NCBI GenBank assembly: GCA_040387415.1
Contig: JAZKDU010000022.1
Location: 25,976 to 89,975, forward strand
Origin: Bacteroidota bacterium
GTDB lineage: Bacteria; Bacteroidota; Bacteroidia; 2-12-FULL-35-15
Length of the DNA stretch: 64,000 nt
Direction: 5' to 3'
Positions 55,025 through 64,000 of this stretch are shown here, in pieces (the stretch's first letter is position 1; each line of letters opens with the position of its first letter). Made by a program: the position numbers and the translations under genes. The notes under the pieces are model-generated. The model was not told the DNA's origin. It saw nothing but the letters and a program-made list of their open reading frames with translations, and made no database searches.

Positions 55025-56029
55025 ATGCAAAAATCAGGTAATACAACCATACAGCAAATTTTCCATTCATTCAACAACCTGAACGTGTTGATTATTGGGG
55101 ATGTTATGGTTGATGCCTATATGTGGGGAAATGTTAACCGTATTTCACCCGAAGCACCGGTACCAATTGTTTCCATCACAAAAAAAGAAAACCGCTTGGG
55201 TGGCGCTGCTAATGTGGCTTTGAATATTCAGGCGATGGGTGCAAAGCCTGTTTTATGTTCTGTTGTTGGCAATGATGAAGGCAGCAAATTATTTTTGGAT
55301 CTGCTAAAAAAACAAAAGCTTTCTGTTCAGGGAATTTTAAAAAGCAAGGAACGTGTTACCACTATTAAAACCCGTGTAATAGGCGGTAATCACCAAATGC
55401 TGCGTGTGGATGAAGAAATAGAAACAGCATTAAATACTACCGAAACAAAAGCACTGGCAGAACAAATAAAAAAACTTGCCTTAAGTCAAAAAACGGATGT
55501 TATTGTATTTGAAGATTATGACAAAGGCTGCATCACTGCCGAATTAATAAAAAGCATTGTGGCATTTGCAAAGCAGAAAAACATTCCTGTAGTTGTTGAT
55601 CCAAAAAGAAAAAACTTTTTATCCTATACTGGTGTTACCCTGTTTAAGCCTAATTTAAAGGAACTCCGGGAAGGGTTAAAGCTTGATACTGACCCGGCAA
55701 ACACCAAAGACCTTACTAAAATTTCGGCTGATTTTATAAAACAGCAAAATATTAGTACACTATTAATAACACTTTCAGAAAAAGGTATTTATACGCATAG
55801 TGCGAACGCTAAAACAGTAATACCTGCTCATATCCGCAATATTTCTGATGTTTCGGGAGCTGGTGATACGGTGATCAGCCTGGCTGCTTTATGTGTGGCA
55901 TTAAACCTTTCACCTGTACTTACCGCTACATTAGCTAATTTAGCTGGAGGCCTGGTATGTGAAAAAGTGGGTGTGGTGCCTGTTGATAAACAACAGTTGC
56001 TGGAAGAAGCCGTACGCTTAAAATTATAA
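55025..56029 (+). CDS. rfaE1: D-glycero-D-manno-heptose-7-phosphate kinase (stand-alone RfaE domain I); likely start ATG 55025
   Basis: Motifs GDVMVD.Y..G...RISPEAPVP, GGAANVA, DYDKG, VDPK and DVSGAGDTV. Confidence 0.9.
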   Translation: MQKSGNTTIQQIFHSFNNLNVLIIGDVMVDAYMWGNVNRISPEAPVPIVSITKKENRLGGAANVALNIQAMGAKPVLCSVVGNDEGSKLFLDLLKKQKLSVQGILKSKERVTTIKTRVIGGNHQMLRVDEEIETALNTTETKALAEQIKKLALSQKTDVIVFEDYDKGCITAELIKSIVAFAKQKNIPVVVDPKRKNFLSYTGVTLFKPNLKELREGLKLDTDPANTKDLTKISADFIKQQNISTLLITLSEKGIYTHSANAKTVIPAHIRNISDVSGAGDTVISLAALCVALNLSPVLTATLANLAGGLVCEKVGVVPVDKQQLLEEAVRLKL

Positions 56030-56045
56030 TTTTACTATCTCTGCA

Positions 56046-56777
56046 ATGGCCAATATAGTTACACCTTATAAGGATCAGACAACAAGTAAGAAAGAACAGG
56101 TGGCAACTATGTTCAATAATATTGCCCCTAAGTATGATTTTCTGAATCAGCTTTTGTCGATGGGTATTCACAAAGGCTGGAGAAGGAAAGCGGTGGGTTT
56201 ATTAAAACCGCTGCATCCTAAAACCATATTGGATATTGCTACCGGAACCGCTGATTTTGCTATTGAAGCAATGAAACTTAATCCTGAAAAAGTGATTGGT
56301 GTTGACATTTCGGAAGGTATGTTAAAGCTGGGTGTTGAAAAAATTAACAAACTGGGATTACAAAATAAAATTGAGCTAAAACTGGGAGATTCAGAGAATT
56401 TACCTTTTGCCGACAATAGTTTTGATGCCATTACAGTAGGCTTTGGTGTTCGTAATTTTGAAAACCTTGAAAAAGGAATCTCTGATATATACAGGGTTTT
56501 AAACCCAAATGGAATGATTGCCATTCTGGAATTTTCAAAACCAAGTCATTTTCCGGTAAAACAAGTGTATAATTTCTATTTCAGGTATGTAACACCCTTC
56601 GTTGGCAAGATTTTTTCAAAGGACAACTCGGCATATACCTATTTACCGGAATCTGTAAATGCGTTTCCTGCAGGAGAAGAGTTTTTAAACGTTTTACGAA
56701 AAGCTGGATTTAAAGAAACAAAAGCAATTTCACTTACTTTTGGGATTGCTTCTATCTATACAGCAAAAAAAAGTTAA
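56046..56777 (+). CDS. menG: Demethylmenaquinone methyltransferase (UbiE/MenG)
   Basis: Motifs MFNNIAPKYD.LN..LS.G, LDIATGTAD, FGVRNF, LEFS and YTYLPES. Confidence 0.94.
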   Translation: MANIVTPYKDQTTSKKEQVATMFNNIAPKYDFLNQLLSMGIHKGWRRKAVGLLKPLHPKTILDIATGTADFAIEAMKLNPEKVIGVDISEGMLKLGVEKINKLGLQNKIELKLGDSENLPFADNSFDAITVGFGVRNFENLEKGISDIYRVLNPNGMIAILEFSKPSHFPVKQVYNFYFRYVTPFVGKIFSKDNSAYTYLPESVNAFPAGEEFLNVLRKAGFKETKAISLTFGIASIYTAKKS

Positions 56778-56822
56778 AATAAATTTATCAACTTTACGTT
56801 TTGTAATCCAAACAATTACGAA

Positions 56823-57542
56823 TTGAAATTAAAGTTTAATTACATACTCACATTTGCACTTGTTTTAATTGCTTTATTCGCAAAGGCTCAGGACCCTAAC
56901 GAAAAAGGCAACTTAGAAAAATATTACCATGAAACGCTCCATTTCGGCTTTACGCTGGGACTTAACAGAGCCAATTTTATCATCCACCCAAAAGTTAATT
57001 TCGAACGTTTTGATACGCTCAAATCGGTAGTGTCGGCTCCTAAATACGGCTTTAACCTGGGTATTATTTCTGATCTGCGCCTGCAGAAATACATTACACT
57101 GCGTTTTATACCCAACCTGATGTTTGCAGAACGTACCCTCAATTATTATTATGAAGGCTATGATACCATTACCCGCACAAAAACTATTGAATCTACCTTT
57201 TTGAACTTCCCGGTTAATTTAAAATTACGCTCAAAAAGAGTGCATAATTTTGGTGCCTATATAGTTGCGGGAGGCAGTTACAGTATGGATTTAGCATCAA
57301 AACGAAAAACACTAAACAGCACTAATCCCAAAGAGCAGATTGTTAAATTACAACGTGATGATTTTTCGTATGAAGTGGGTGCCGGCAGCGAGTTTTATCT
57401 TCAATATTTTAAATTCGCCATTGAAGCTAAACTAAGTATTGGTATGCGAAATATACTGGTGAACGATAATACCATGTTTTCAAATTCAATCAATAAGCTC
57501 AATTCGAAGGTATTGCTGATTTCTATTACTTTTGAAGGGTAA
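56823..57542 (+). CDS. porT: T9SS outer-membrane protein PorT/SprT
   Basis: TTG start and signal peptide; motifs LHFGFTLGLN, GFNLGII.DLRL, LRFIP, ESTFL.FP and terminal ITFEG. Follows menG, as is typical. Confidence 0.82.
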   Translation: MKLKFNYILTFALVLIALFAKAQDPNEKGNLEKYYHETLHFGFTLGLNRANFIIHPKVNFERFDTLKSVVSAPKYGFNLGIISDLRLQKYITLRFIPNLMFAERTLNYYYEGYDTITRTKTIESTFLNFPVNLKLRSKRVHNFGAYIVAGGSYSMDLASKRKTLNSTNPKEQIVKLQRDDFSYEVGAGSEFYLQYFKFAIEAKLSIGMRNILVNDNTMFSNSINKLNSKVLLISITFEG

Positions 57543-57548
57543 AGTAGT

Positions 57549-57623
57549 ACTACGAATTACGAATTTTAACGAATTACGAATGCCTCTGACAGGTTAGATC
57601 CCTCGCGGAAAGCTCGGGATGAC
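57549..57623. repeat. TTACGAA 7-mer array followed by a REP-like half element AGATCCCTCGCGGAAAGCTCGGGATGAC
   Basis: Four ACGAAT copies at 57551-57581 and an ATCCC/GGGAT stem at 57598-57620 ending in ATGAC. Confidence 0.65.
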
Positions 57624-57688
57624 GGTAAACAAAGGCTTTAAAAAAAATAAAATATTAAACTTGCACGATAAATACGTGCCCAACAACA

Positions 57689-59275
57689 ATGAAACAAGAA
57701 CTCAACCTCGTCCTATCTCCGGAAGATGCTGCTGATGAAGCGGTTATCAAACAAATAGCCGCCCGACAAATTGGGGTCGGAACCTCTGAAATCACCTTTA
57801 TTAAAATTTTAAAGCGTTCTACGGATGCTCGCTCCCGCTCTATTAAGATAAACTTGAAAATTGATGTTTATCTTAATGGAGAAATGCCAGTAACTAATTC
57901 ATACAAAACTGATTACAGCAATGTTTCAGGTAAAAAATCGGTATTGGTGATTGGAGCTGGTCCTGCCGGATTGTTTGCAGCCTTGCAATTAATAAAAAAT
58001 GGCTTAAAGCCGGTGATTATTGAACGCGGTAAAGATGTAAAAAGCCGCAGACGCGATCTGGCAGCTATTAATAAGGAGCATATTGTTAATTCACATTCCA
58101 ATTATTGTTTTGGCGAAGGTGGTGCCGGAACCTATTCGGATGGAAAATTATACACCCGGTCCACCAAACGCGGTGATGTTAATAAAGTGCTGGAACTGTT
58201 TGTAGCACATGGTGCTAATGAAGATATTCTGATTGAGGCACATCCGCACATCGGTACCAACAAACTTCCGAAAATAATTGAAGCAATGCGTCAAACGGTG
58301 ATTGATGCAGGAGGAGAAGTGCATTTCAATACGCATCTTACCGATTTTATTATTAAAAACAACAGTGTTAAAGGGGTGATTTGCAAGCAATTGGAAACCA
58401 CCACCACTGTTGAATATATAGCTGATGCGGTGATACTTGCAACAGGGCATAGTGCCAGGGACATTTTCGAGCTGCTGCATTCAAAAAACATATTAATTGA
58501 AGCAAAAACTTTTGCCATGGGTGTTCGCGTGGAACATCCGCAGGCATTGATCGATTCATTACAATACCATTGCACCATGAGTGATGTACAGCAAAAACGT
58601 GAATATTTGCCTGCAGCCTCCTACAGCATGGTGCATCAGGCATTGGGACGGGGCGTATATTCATTCTGTATGTGTCCGGGTGGTATTATTGCACCCTGTG
58701 CAACTGCTCCCAGTGAAGTGGTAACAAATGGCTGGTCACCATCCAAACGTAATAACCCCTATGCTAATTCAGGCATTGTGGTTACAACAGAAATGGTTGA
58801 TTTGAAAAACTATCAGCAATTTGGTCCTTTAGCAGGATTAAGGTACCAGCAAGCGCTTGAAAAAATGGCCTGGAATGCCGGTGGACAAACCCAAACCGCT
58901 CCTGCACAGCGCTTACAGGATTTTGTAAATAATAAACTATCCTCTACCCTGCCCGATGTATCGTATCAGCCGGGAATAAAATCGGCACCTTTGCATTCGC
59001 TCCTGCCGGAAGCAATCGGTAAGCGTTTGCAACTTGGTTTTATTGAGTTTGGTAAAAAAATGCGTGGTTATTTAAGTAATGATGCTGTAATTGTAGGGGT
59101 TGAATCACGCACATCGTCACCGGTGCGTATCCCTCGTGACAACGAAACATTACAACACCCTCAAATTCAAGGGCTTTACCCTTGTGGTGAAGGAGCCGGT
59201 TATGCTGGAGGAATTGTTTCAGCAGCTATTGACGGACAAAAATGTGCCGATAGAATTGCAGGCATTTTCAACTAA
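57689..59275 (+). CDS. NAD(P)/FAD-dependent oxidoreductase (COG2509-like)
   Basis: Motifs IGAGPAG, FGEGGAGTYSDGKL, ATGHSARD, FCMCPGG and GEGAGYAGGI. Confidence 0.9.
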   Translation: MKQELNLVLSPEDAADEAVIKQIAARQIGVGTSEITFIKILKRSTDARSRSIKINLKIDVYLNGEMPVTNSYKTDYSNVSGKKSVLVIGAGPAGLFAALQLIKNGLKPVIIERGKDVKSRRRDLAAINKEHIVNSHSNYCFGEGGAGTYSDGKLYTRSTKRGDVNKVLELFVAHGANEDILIEAHPHIGTNKLPKIIEAMRQTVIDAGGEVHFNTHLTDFIIKNNSVKGVICKQLETTTTVEYIADAVILATGHSARDIFELLHSKNILIEAKTFAMGVRVEHPQALIDSLQYHCTMSDVQQKREYLPAASYSMVHQALGRGVYSFCMCPGGIIAPCATAPSEVVTNGWSPSKRNNPYANSGIVVTTEMVDLKNYQQFGPLAGLRYQQALEKMAWNAGGQTQTAPAQRLQDFVNNKLSSTLPDVSYQPGIKSAPLHSLLPEAIGKRLQLGFIEFGKKMRGYLSNDAVIVGVESRTSSPVRIPRDNETLQHPQIQGLYPCGEGAGYAGGIVSAAIDGQKCADRIAGIFN

Positions 59276-59413
59276 TAATGTTACATTTACGGCTGGATTT
59301 TAAGCCACGAATTACACTAATTTAAAAGAAAAAGTAAATTAATAAAGTAACAATTAATCACAACCCAATATTTCAATTCGTGAAATTTTGGCTACCATTT
59401 ATATTATAAGTTT

Positions 59414-59776
59414 ATGAAATTTATTATTCAACTGATCATCTCTACTCTTGCCGTACTAATTGCATCCTATTTACTACCTGGAGTAAATATTGTAGACAAT
59501 AATTTTTTCACAGCACTAATTGTGGCTGCTGTGCTCGCTTTTTTAAATGCCGTTGTAAAACCAATTATGATTATTTTAACTATCCCTATCACGGTAGTTA
59601 CACTTGGCTTTTTTCTGCTGGTAATCAATGCGTTAATGATATTATTTGCGTCCTACCTAGTGGATGACTTTCAGGTGGATGGCTTTTGGTGGGCTTTGCT
59701 TTTTAGCTTTATCCTTTCTATTATTACCTCAGTACTGGAAGGAATCAAAAAACGGGATGAAGGTCCCACGGAATAA
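59414..59776 (+). CDS. YvlD/DUF360 ('phage holin family') 4-TM membrane protein
   Basis: Motifs LNAVVKPI..ILTIPIT.VTLG.FLLVINA and VDGFWWALLFS. Confidence 0.88.
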   Translation: MKFIIQLIISTLAVLIASYLLPGVNIVDNNFFTALIVAAVLAFLNAVVKPIMIILTIPITVVTLGFFLLVINALMILFASYLVDDFQVDGFWWALLFSFILSIITSVLEGIKKRDEGPTE

Positions 59777-59804
59777 ACAAGCGATTGCAGAATAAACCAA
59801 TGTC

Positions 59805-60055
59805 GGTTACGGATAAACGAATGGTTACAAATTTACGAAACGTAGCTTGGGTTACGGATAAACAAATGTCGGTTAGGGATAAACGAATGGTTACTAATAT
59901 ACGAAACGTAGTTTGGGTTACGGATAAACAAATGTAGGTTACGGATAAACAAATGTCGGTTACAGATAAACGAATGGTTACTAATATACGAAACGTAGTT
60001 TGAATGAGAAAAAGGATATTTCGTAAATTCATTTTTAATTCGTTTATCTGTAACC
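59805..60055. repeat. Higher-order tandem array of GGTTAC-initiated units plus one inverted copy
   Basis: Units B (18 bp), C (27 bp) and A (21 bp) occur in the order B C A B C A A B C from 59805 to 60002. The segment 60038-60055 is the exact reverse complement of the last B unit. Confidence 0.92.
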
Positions 60056-60094
60056 AATATTATACTAATATAAACTTTAAAACACGAAATTAAA

Positions 60095-60943
60095 TTGATA
60101 AACGTAGGAACATACAACGAGCTGGAAGTAGTAAAAGAATTGGATTTTGGTATTTACCTGAAAGATGGTGATACTGAAATACTTATGCCTACCAAGTGGG
60201 TACCGGCCGAAACCAAAATCGGGGATACACTAAATGTGTTCGTTTTTCGTGATTCGGACGACAGGCTGATTGCTACTACTGTAAAACCTTATGCTACTGC
60301 TGATAGTTTTGCTTTTTTGGAAGTAAAACAGGTGAATGCCATTGGTGCCTTTCTGGATTGGGGAATGGACAAAGATCTTCTGGTTCCTTTTAGGGAGCAG
60401 TCACAAAGGCTCGAACCCGGCAAGAGTTATGTAGTGTTTGTGTATGTGGATGAAGAAACCAATCGGGTAACGGCATCTACAAAACTAAACCGATATATTG
60501 AAAATCAGGATATTAACTTACGTGATGGTGATATTGTTGACTTGCTGATCTATTCGGAAACTCCGATGGGCTACAACGCTATTATAAATAATTTATACAG
60601 CGGACTGATCTATAAAAATGAAATTTACGAAGCCATTCGCATCGGAGATCAAATAAAAGGGTATGTAAAGCATGTGCGTGAGGACAATAAAATTGACCTG
60701 AGCCTTCAAAAAAGCGGTTTTGAACTGGTAGATGATGTAAAATGGCGCATCCTTAACCTCATGAAACAAAACAATGGCTTTCTGGCTTTAAACGATGACA
60801 GCTCCCCAGAAGAAATTAAATCAAAATTACAAATCAGTAAAAAAGCTTTCAAAAAAGCAATTGGTGCATTGTATAGGGAGCGATTGGTTAAGTTGACGGA
60901 TAAAGGAGTTGAATTAATCATTTCTTCCAGCGATAAAAAATAG
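60095..60943 (+). CDS. cvfB: CvfB-family S1-domain RNA-binding protein
   Basis: TTG start; motifs DFGIYL, DSDDRLIATT, GAFLDWGMDKDLLVP and winged-helix SKKAFKKAIGALY. Confidence 0.88.
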   Translation: MINVGTYNELEVVKELDFGIYLKDGDTEILMPTKWVPAETKIGDTLNVFVFRDSDDRLIATTVKPYATADSFAFLEVKQVNAIGAFLDWGMDKDLLVPFREQSQRLEPGKSYVVFVYVDEETNRVTASTKLNRYIENQDINLRDGDIVDLLIYSETPMGYNAIINNLYSGLIYKNEIYEAIRIGDQIKGYVKHVREDNKIDLSLQKSGFELVDDVKWRILNLMKQNNGFLALNDDSSPEEIKSKLQISKKAFKKAIGALYRERLVKLTDKGVELIISSSDKK

Positions 60944-60982
60944 CCAAAAGCACCACACTCATTATCAGGTTATTACAAAAAA

Positions 60983-61020
60983 AGAAAACACGGTTGATAA
61001 ATAATTCAGCCGTGTTTTCT
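60983..61020 (+). terminator. Hairpin/terminator after cvfB
   Basis: AGAAAACACGGTTGA pairs with TCAGCCGTGTTTTCT. Confidence 0.7.
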
Positions 61021-61214
61021 ATTAAAACCCGGTTGTTTAAAAATTGCCCCCTCCAGTCAATTCCGGCCAAATCCGAAATCTTGTTTACTGATTATCAAGC
61101 TGTTTCAGATGTGTTTAACAGCAATTTTGAACAAAAATTACTTTTTAGCCAGGCACTTTTCTGTTAAAACTCCAAAAAAAACAGAAAATCAAACTCCCGT
61201 ATAATAAAAATTCG

Positions 61215-61222
61215 TAAATTTG
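61215..61222 (+). promoter_or_regulatory. -7 element (TAAATTTG) for rpsA
   Basis: Consensus match about 100 bp upstream of the ATG. Confidence 0.65.
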
Positions 61223-61324
61223 TGCCGCCTTAAAATTCTAAGGTCAAAAATTAAAAAAGTATTACTAACCTCTTCAATTTCTTAAAAAACAGAAATTGGA
61301 TACAAAAAAAAGAAGCCTCCCAAA

Positions 61325-63139
61325 ATGGCAGAAACATTAACAGCTCCTTCAGAGCTAGACAACTTCGACTGGTCAGCAGTTGGAAAAAAACACGAAGGAT
61401 ATACTAAAGAAGAACGCGAACAGCTTGACTCTGCGTATGAAAAAACCTTAAAATCAGTTGCCGCTAACGAAATTATTGACGGTAAAGTTGTTTCTAAAAA
61501 CAGCAAAGAAGTTGTTGTAAACATTGGTTACAAATCAGATGGTATTGTTCAATTAACTGAATTCCGTTACAATCCGGATTTAAAAGTTGGTGATACTGTT
61601 GAAGTATATATTGAAAGCCAGGAAGATAAAAATGGTCAGTTGATCCTTTCTCACAAAACTGCACGTGCAATGAAATCGTGGGAGCGCGTAAACCAGGCTT
61701 TAGAAACTGGTGAAGTTATCCAGGGATATGTAAAATGCCGTACTAAAGGTGGTTTAATTGCTGATGTATTTGGTATTGAAGCGTTTTTACCAGGTTCACA
61801 AATTGATGTGAAACCAATCCGTGATTACGATGTGTATGTTGGAAAAACAATGGAATTTAAAGTTGTGAAAATCAACAATGAATTTAAAAACGTTGTTGTA
61901 TCTCATAAAGCACTTATTGAAGCTGAACTTGAAGTTCAGAAAAAAGAGATTATCTCTAAATTGGAGAAAGGACAAGTATTGGAAGGTACTGTTAAAAACA
62001 TTACTTCTTACGGTGTGTTTATCGATCTTGGTGGTGTTGACGGACTTATCCACATCACTGACCTTGCTTGGGGACGTATCAATCATCCTGAAGAAATTGT
62101 TAAATTGGATCAGAAAATCAATGTGGTTATTCTTGATTTCGATAACGAGAAAAAACGTATTGCATTGGGCTTAAAACAACTTTCTGCACATCCTTGGGAT
62201 TCATTGAAAGCTGATTTAGCTGTAGGTGATAAAGTAAAAGGTAAAGTGGTTGTTATTGCTGATTACGGTGCATTTGTAGAAATTGCTCCTGGTGTTGAAG
62301 GATTGATCCACGTATCGGAAATGAGCTGGAGCCAGCACTTACGTACTGCTCACGATTTCCTTAAAGTAGGTAATGAAGTAGAAGCACAAGTATTGACATT
62401 GGATCGTGAAGAGCGTAAAATGTCATTAGGTATCAAACAATTAATGCCTGATCCTTGGTCAATTGTATTGGATAAATATGCAAAAGGAACTAAACACACA
62501 GCTACTGTTCGCAACTTTACCAACTTCGGTATTTTTGTTGAATTAGAAGAAGGTGTTGATGGTTTGATCCATATCTCTGACTTATCATGGTCTAAAAAAA
62601 TCAAACATCCATCAGAATTCACTAAAATAGGTGATACTATTGATGTTGTTGTTTTAGAAATTGATGGTGAAAACCGCAGATTGAGCCTTGGCCACAAACA
62701 ATTAGAGGAAAACCCTTGGGATGTGTTTGAAACCATTTTCACTGTTGATTCTATCCACCAGGGAACTATTATCAATGTAATGGAAAAAGGTGCTATTGTT
62801 TCAATGCCATACGGTGTAGAAGCTTTCGCTCCAACCCGTCACCTTGTTAAAACAGATGGATCAAGTGCAAAATCTGAAGAAGTGTTAGATTTTAAAGTAC
62901 TTGAATTCAACAAAGAAGGCAAAAAAATCATTGTTTCTCACAGCAAAATTAACGAAGAAGTAACAGCTGAAGCTAATGCTACTGTTGCAACTGAGAAAAA
63001 AGCTGCAGGTGATGATGCTAAAAAAGCCGCTAAAAAAGTAAAAGATAGTATTGAAAAAACTACTCTTGGCGATATGGATGTTCTTTCTAGTCTGAAAGCA
63101 GATATGGAAAAAACTGAAAACAAGTCAAAAGGAGAATAA
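61325..63139 (+). CDS. rpsA: 30S ribosomal protein S1
   Basis: Six S1 repeats (AFLPGSQID, GVFIDLGGVDGLIHITD, GLIHVSEMSW, GLIHISDLSW) and C-terminal TTLGD. Confidence 0.98.
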   Translation: MAETLTAPSELDNFDWSAVGKKHEGYTKEEREQLDSAYEKTLKSVAANEIIDGKVVSKNSKEVVVNIGYKSDGIVQLTEFRYNPDLKVGDTVEVYIESQEDKNGQLILSHKTARAMKSWERVNQALETGEVIQGYVKCRTKGGLIADVFGIEAFLPGSQIDVKPIRDYDVYVGKTMEFKVVKINNEFKNVVVSHKALIEAELEVQKKEIISKLEKGQVLEGTVKNITSYGVFIDLGGVDGLIHITDLAWGRINHPEEIVKLDQKINVVILDFDNEKKRIALGLKQLSAHPWDSLKADLAVGDKVKGKVVVIADYGAFVEIAPGVEGLIHVSEMSWSQHLRTAHDFLKVGNEVEAQVLTLDREERKMSLGIKQLMPDPWSIVLDKYAKGTKHTATVRNFTNFGIFVELEEGVDGLIHISDLSWSKKIKHPSEFTKIGDTIDVVVLEIDGENRRLSLGHKQLEENPWDVFETIFTVDSIHQGTIINVMEKGAIVSMPYGVEAFAPTRHLVKTDGSSAKSEEVLDFKVLEFNKEGKKIIVSHSKINEEVTAEANATVATEKKAAGDDAKKAAKKVKDSIEKTTLGDMDVLSSLKADMEKTENKSKGE

Positions 63140-63205
63140 TACTAAATACATTTTGCTAGGCAGCAATGCATAGCAAAACTAAAAATCACGCCATGGTTTT
63201 TAGTT

Positions 63206-63240
63206 AATCCCACCCCAACATTAGTTAGGGTGGGATTTTT
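63206..63240 (+). terminator. rpsA intrinsic terminator
   Basis: AATCCCACCC/GGGTGGGATT stem followed by a T run. Confidence 0.85.
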
Positions 63241-63344
63241 ACTTGTACTCCCCTACTACTGTTAAATCTTGAAAACATACAAAAGCAACATATCCCTTTT
63301 ATTATTTACAAAATAGTCTACCTTTGAAAAGCGATAAAAACTTT

Positions 63345-63411
63345 AGCTTAGCCAACGTGGTTTGGGTGTATATGCGAAGGTTTGTATCGCATATATATAA
63401 GTTTGCAGCAA
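63345..63411. mobile_element. Putative attC-like recombination site
   Basis: GCCAAC (63351-63356) and GTTTGC (63401-63406) outer boxes enclose the inner stem TATATGCGA/TCGCATATA. The site lies just before a short-leader ORF. Confidence 0.5.
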
Positions 63412-63436
63412 CAAATTAAAGACAAGACAATTCGTT

Positions 63437-64000
63437 ATGACATTTGGACAATTTGCTATAAAAGGTAATCATGTAAACAGACTTGCAGAAATATTCTCTT
63501 TCTTCAAATTGATAGACACCGGTGAAGACCAAATACTGACAAATTGGGCAGAGACGTCTAAAATACTTGAAAAAGAAAATTTACAATATTCAAATACATC
63601 TCAACAACATCTGGTCTTTATTCAAAACGGTTGGACAGTAATCGAAGACCTCAAAATGAATCTTTGTTATGACACAGAAGCTCTCCAAAATATTTCTTCC
63701 CTTCTTAATCAACCTGTGTTTTCTTGTTTCGTCCAGACCACTTCTTCAAATCACGCATTCTATTATTTCGACAAAATAAAAGCGAGAGCATATCACTTTA
63801 ATGATGGAATAATCGAAGAGAGTTTTGGAAGCCCATTGGAACAAGAAAAAGACATTGATCTAACCGATAATGTTAGTTGTGTATACGACTTGACAACTAA
63901 GTTAGGTTTGGATTGGGAGAGTTCAAAGTATCTCGACAAATATATATTTAAAACGCTAACCAATAGCCCTGAATTACAAGCCGAATTAGATAAGTATAAG
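63437..64000 (+). CDS. Hypothetical protein (cassette-like), truncated by the window end
   Basis: Manual translation from ATG 63437 is open for 188 codons to the end: MTFGQFAIKGNHVNRL...QNGWTVIED...FVQTTSSNHAFYYF...FGSPLEQE. Confidence 0.8.
   Translation, partial: MTFGQFAIKGNHVNRLAEIFSFFKLIDTGEDQILTNWAETSKILEKENLQYSNTSQQHLVFIQNGWTVIEDLKMNLCYDTEALQNISSLLNQPVFSCFVQTTSSNHAFYYFDKIKARAYHFNDGIIEESFGSPLEQEKDIDLTDNVSCVYDLTTKLGLDWESSKYLDKYIFKTLTNSPELQAELDKYK

Noticed and set aside
59745-60117. CRISPR array, or the 94-95-aa minus-strand ORFs over the GGTTAC repeats
   Set aside because: There are no unique spacers and no cas genes. The ORFs stay open only because the unit lengths are multiples of 3.
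60955-61100. CTCATTATCAGG and CTGATTATCAAG motifs as mobile-element attachment ends
   Set aside because: These are only two short degenerate matches, with no recombinase or cargo between them, so there is not enough support.

Overview
This is a 64-kb, AT-rich chromosomal window from a Bacteroidota bacterium. The assignment rests on TAnnTTTG promoter elements, porQ and porT, type-A and type-B T9SS C-terminal signals, and SprB repeats. Housekeeping genes (dusB, folD, ffh, cystathionine beta-synthase, H+-PPase, clpS, cmk, menG, rpsA) flank a co-oriented minus-strand block of about 26 kb (4.4-30.2 kb) encoding large exported or membrane proteins. The block contains a 2231-aa Gly-X-Thr collagen-like fibre with an S74 autocleaving chaperone and a 15-repeat SprB-like adhesin. 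It also contains three tandem T9SS enzymes (two Zn amidases and one GH18) that share one ~600-aa C-terminal chassis, plus a TPR-PP2C sensor. The strongest candidate for an undescribed system is this secreted, modular peptidoglycan-lysis kit beside the attachment fibres. Other oddities include an attC-like hairpin and cassette-like ORF after rpsA, and a membrane protein with 8 copies of a Y-P-x-x-K-T motif. There is also a Cys/His/Met-rich tail on the H+-PPase, and several short-period intergenic arrays, some with inverted arms. I saw no tRNA, rRNA, CRISPR array, transposase, integrase or reverse transcriptase. All calls come from reading motifs by eye; no database searches were run.
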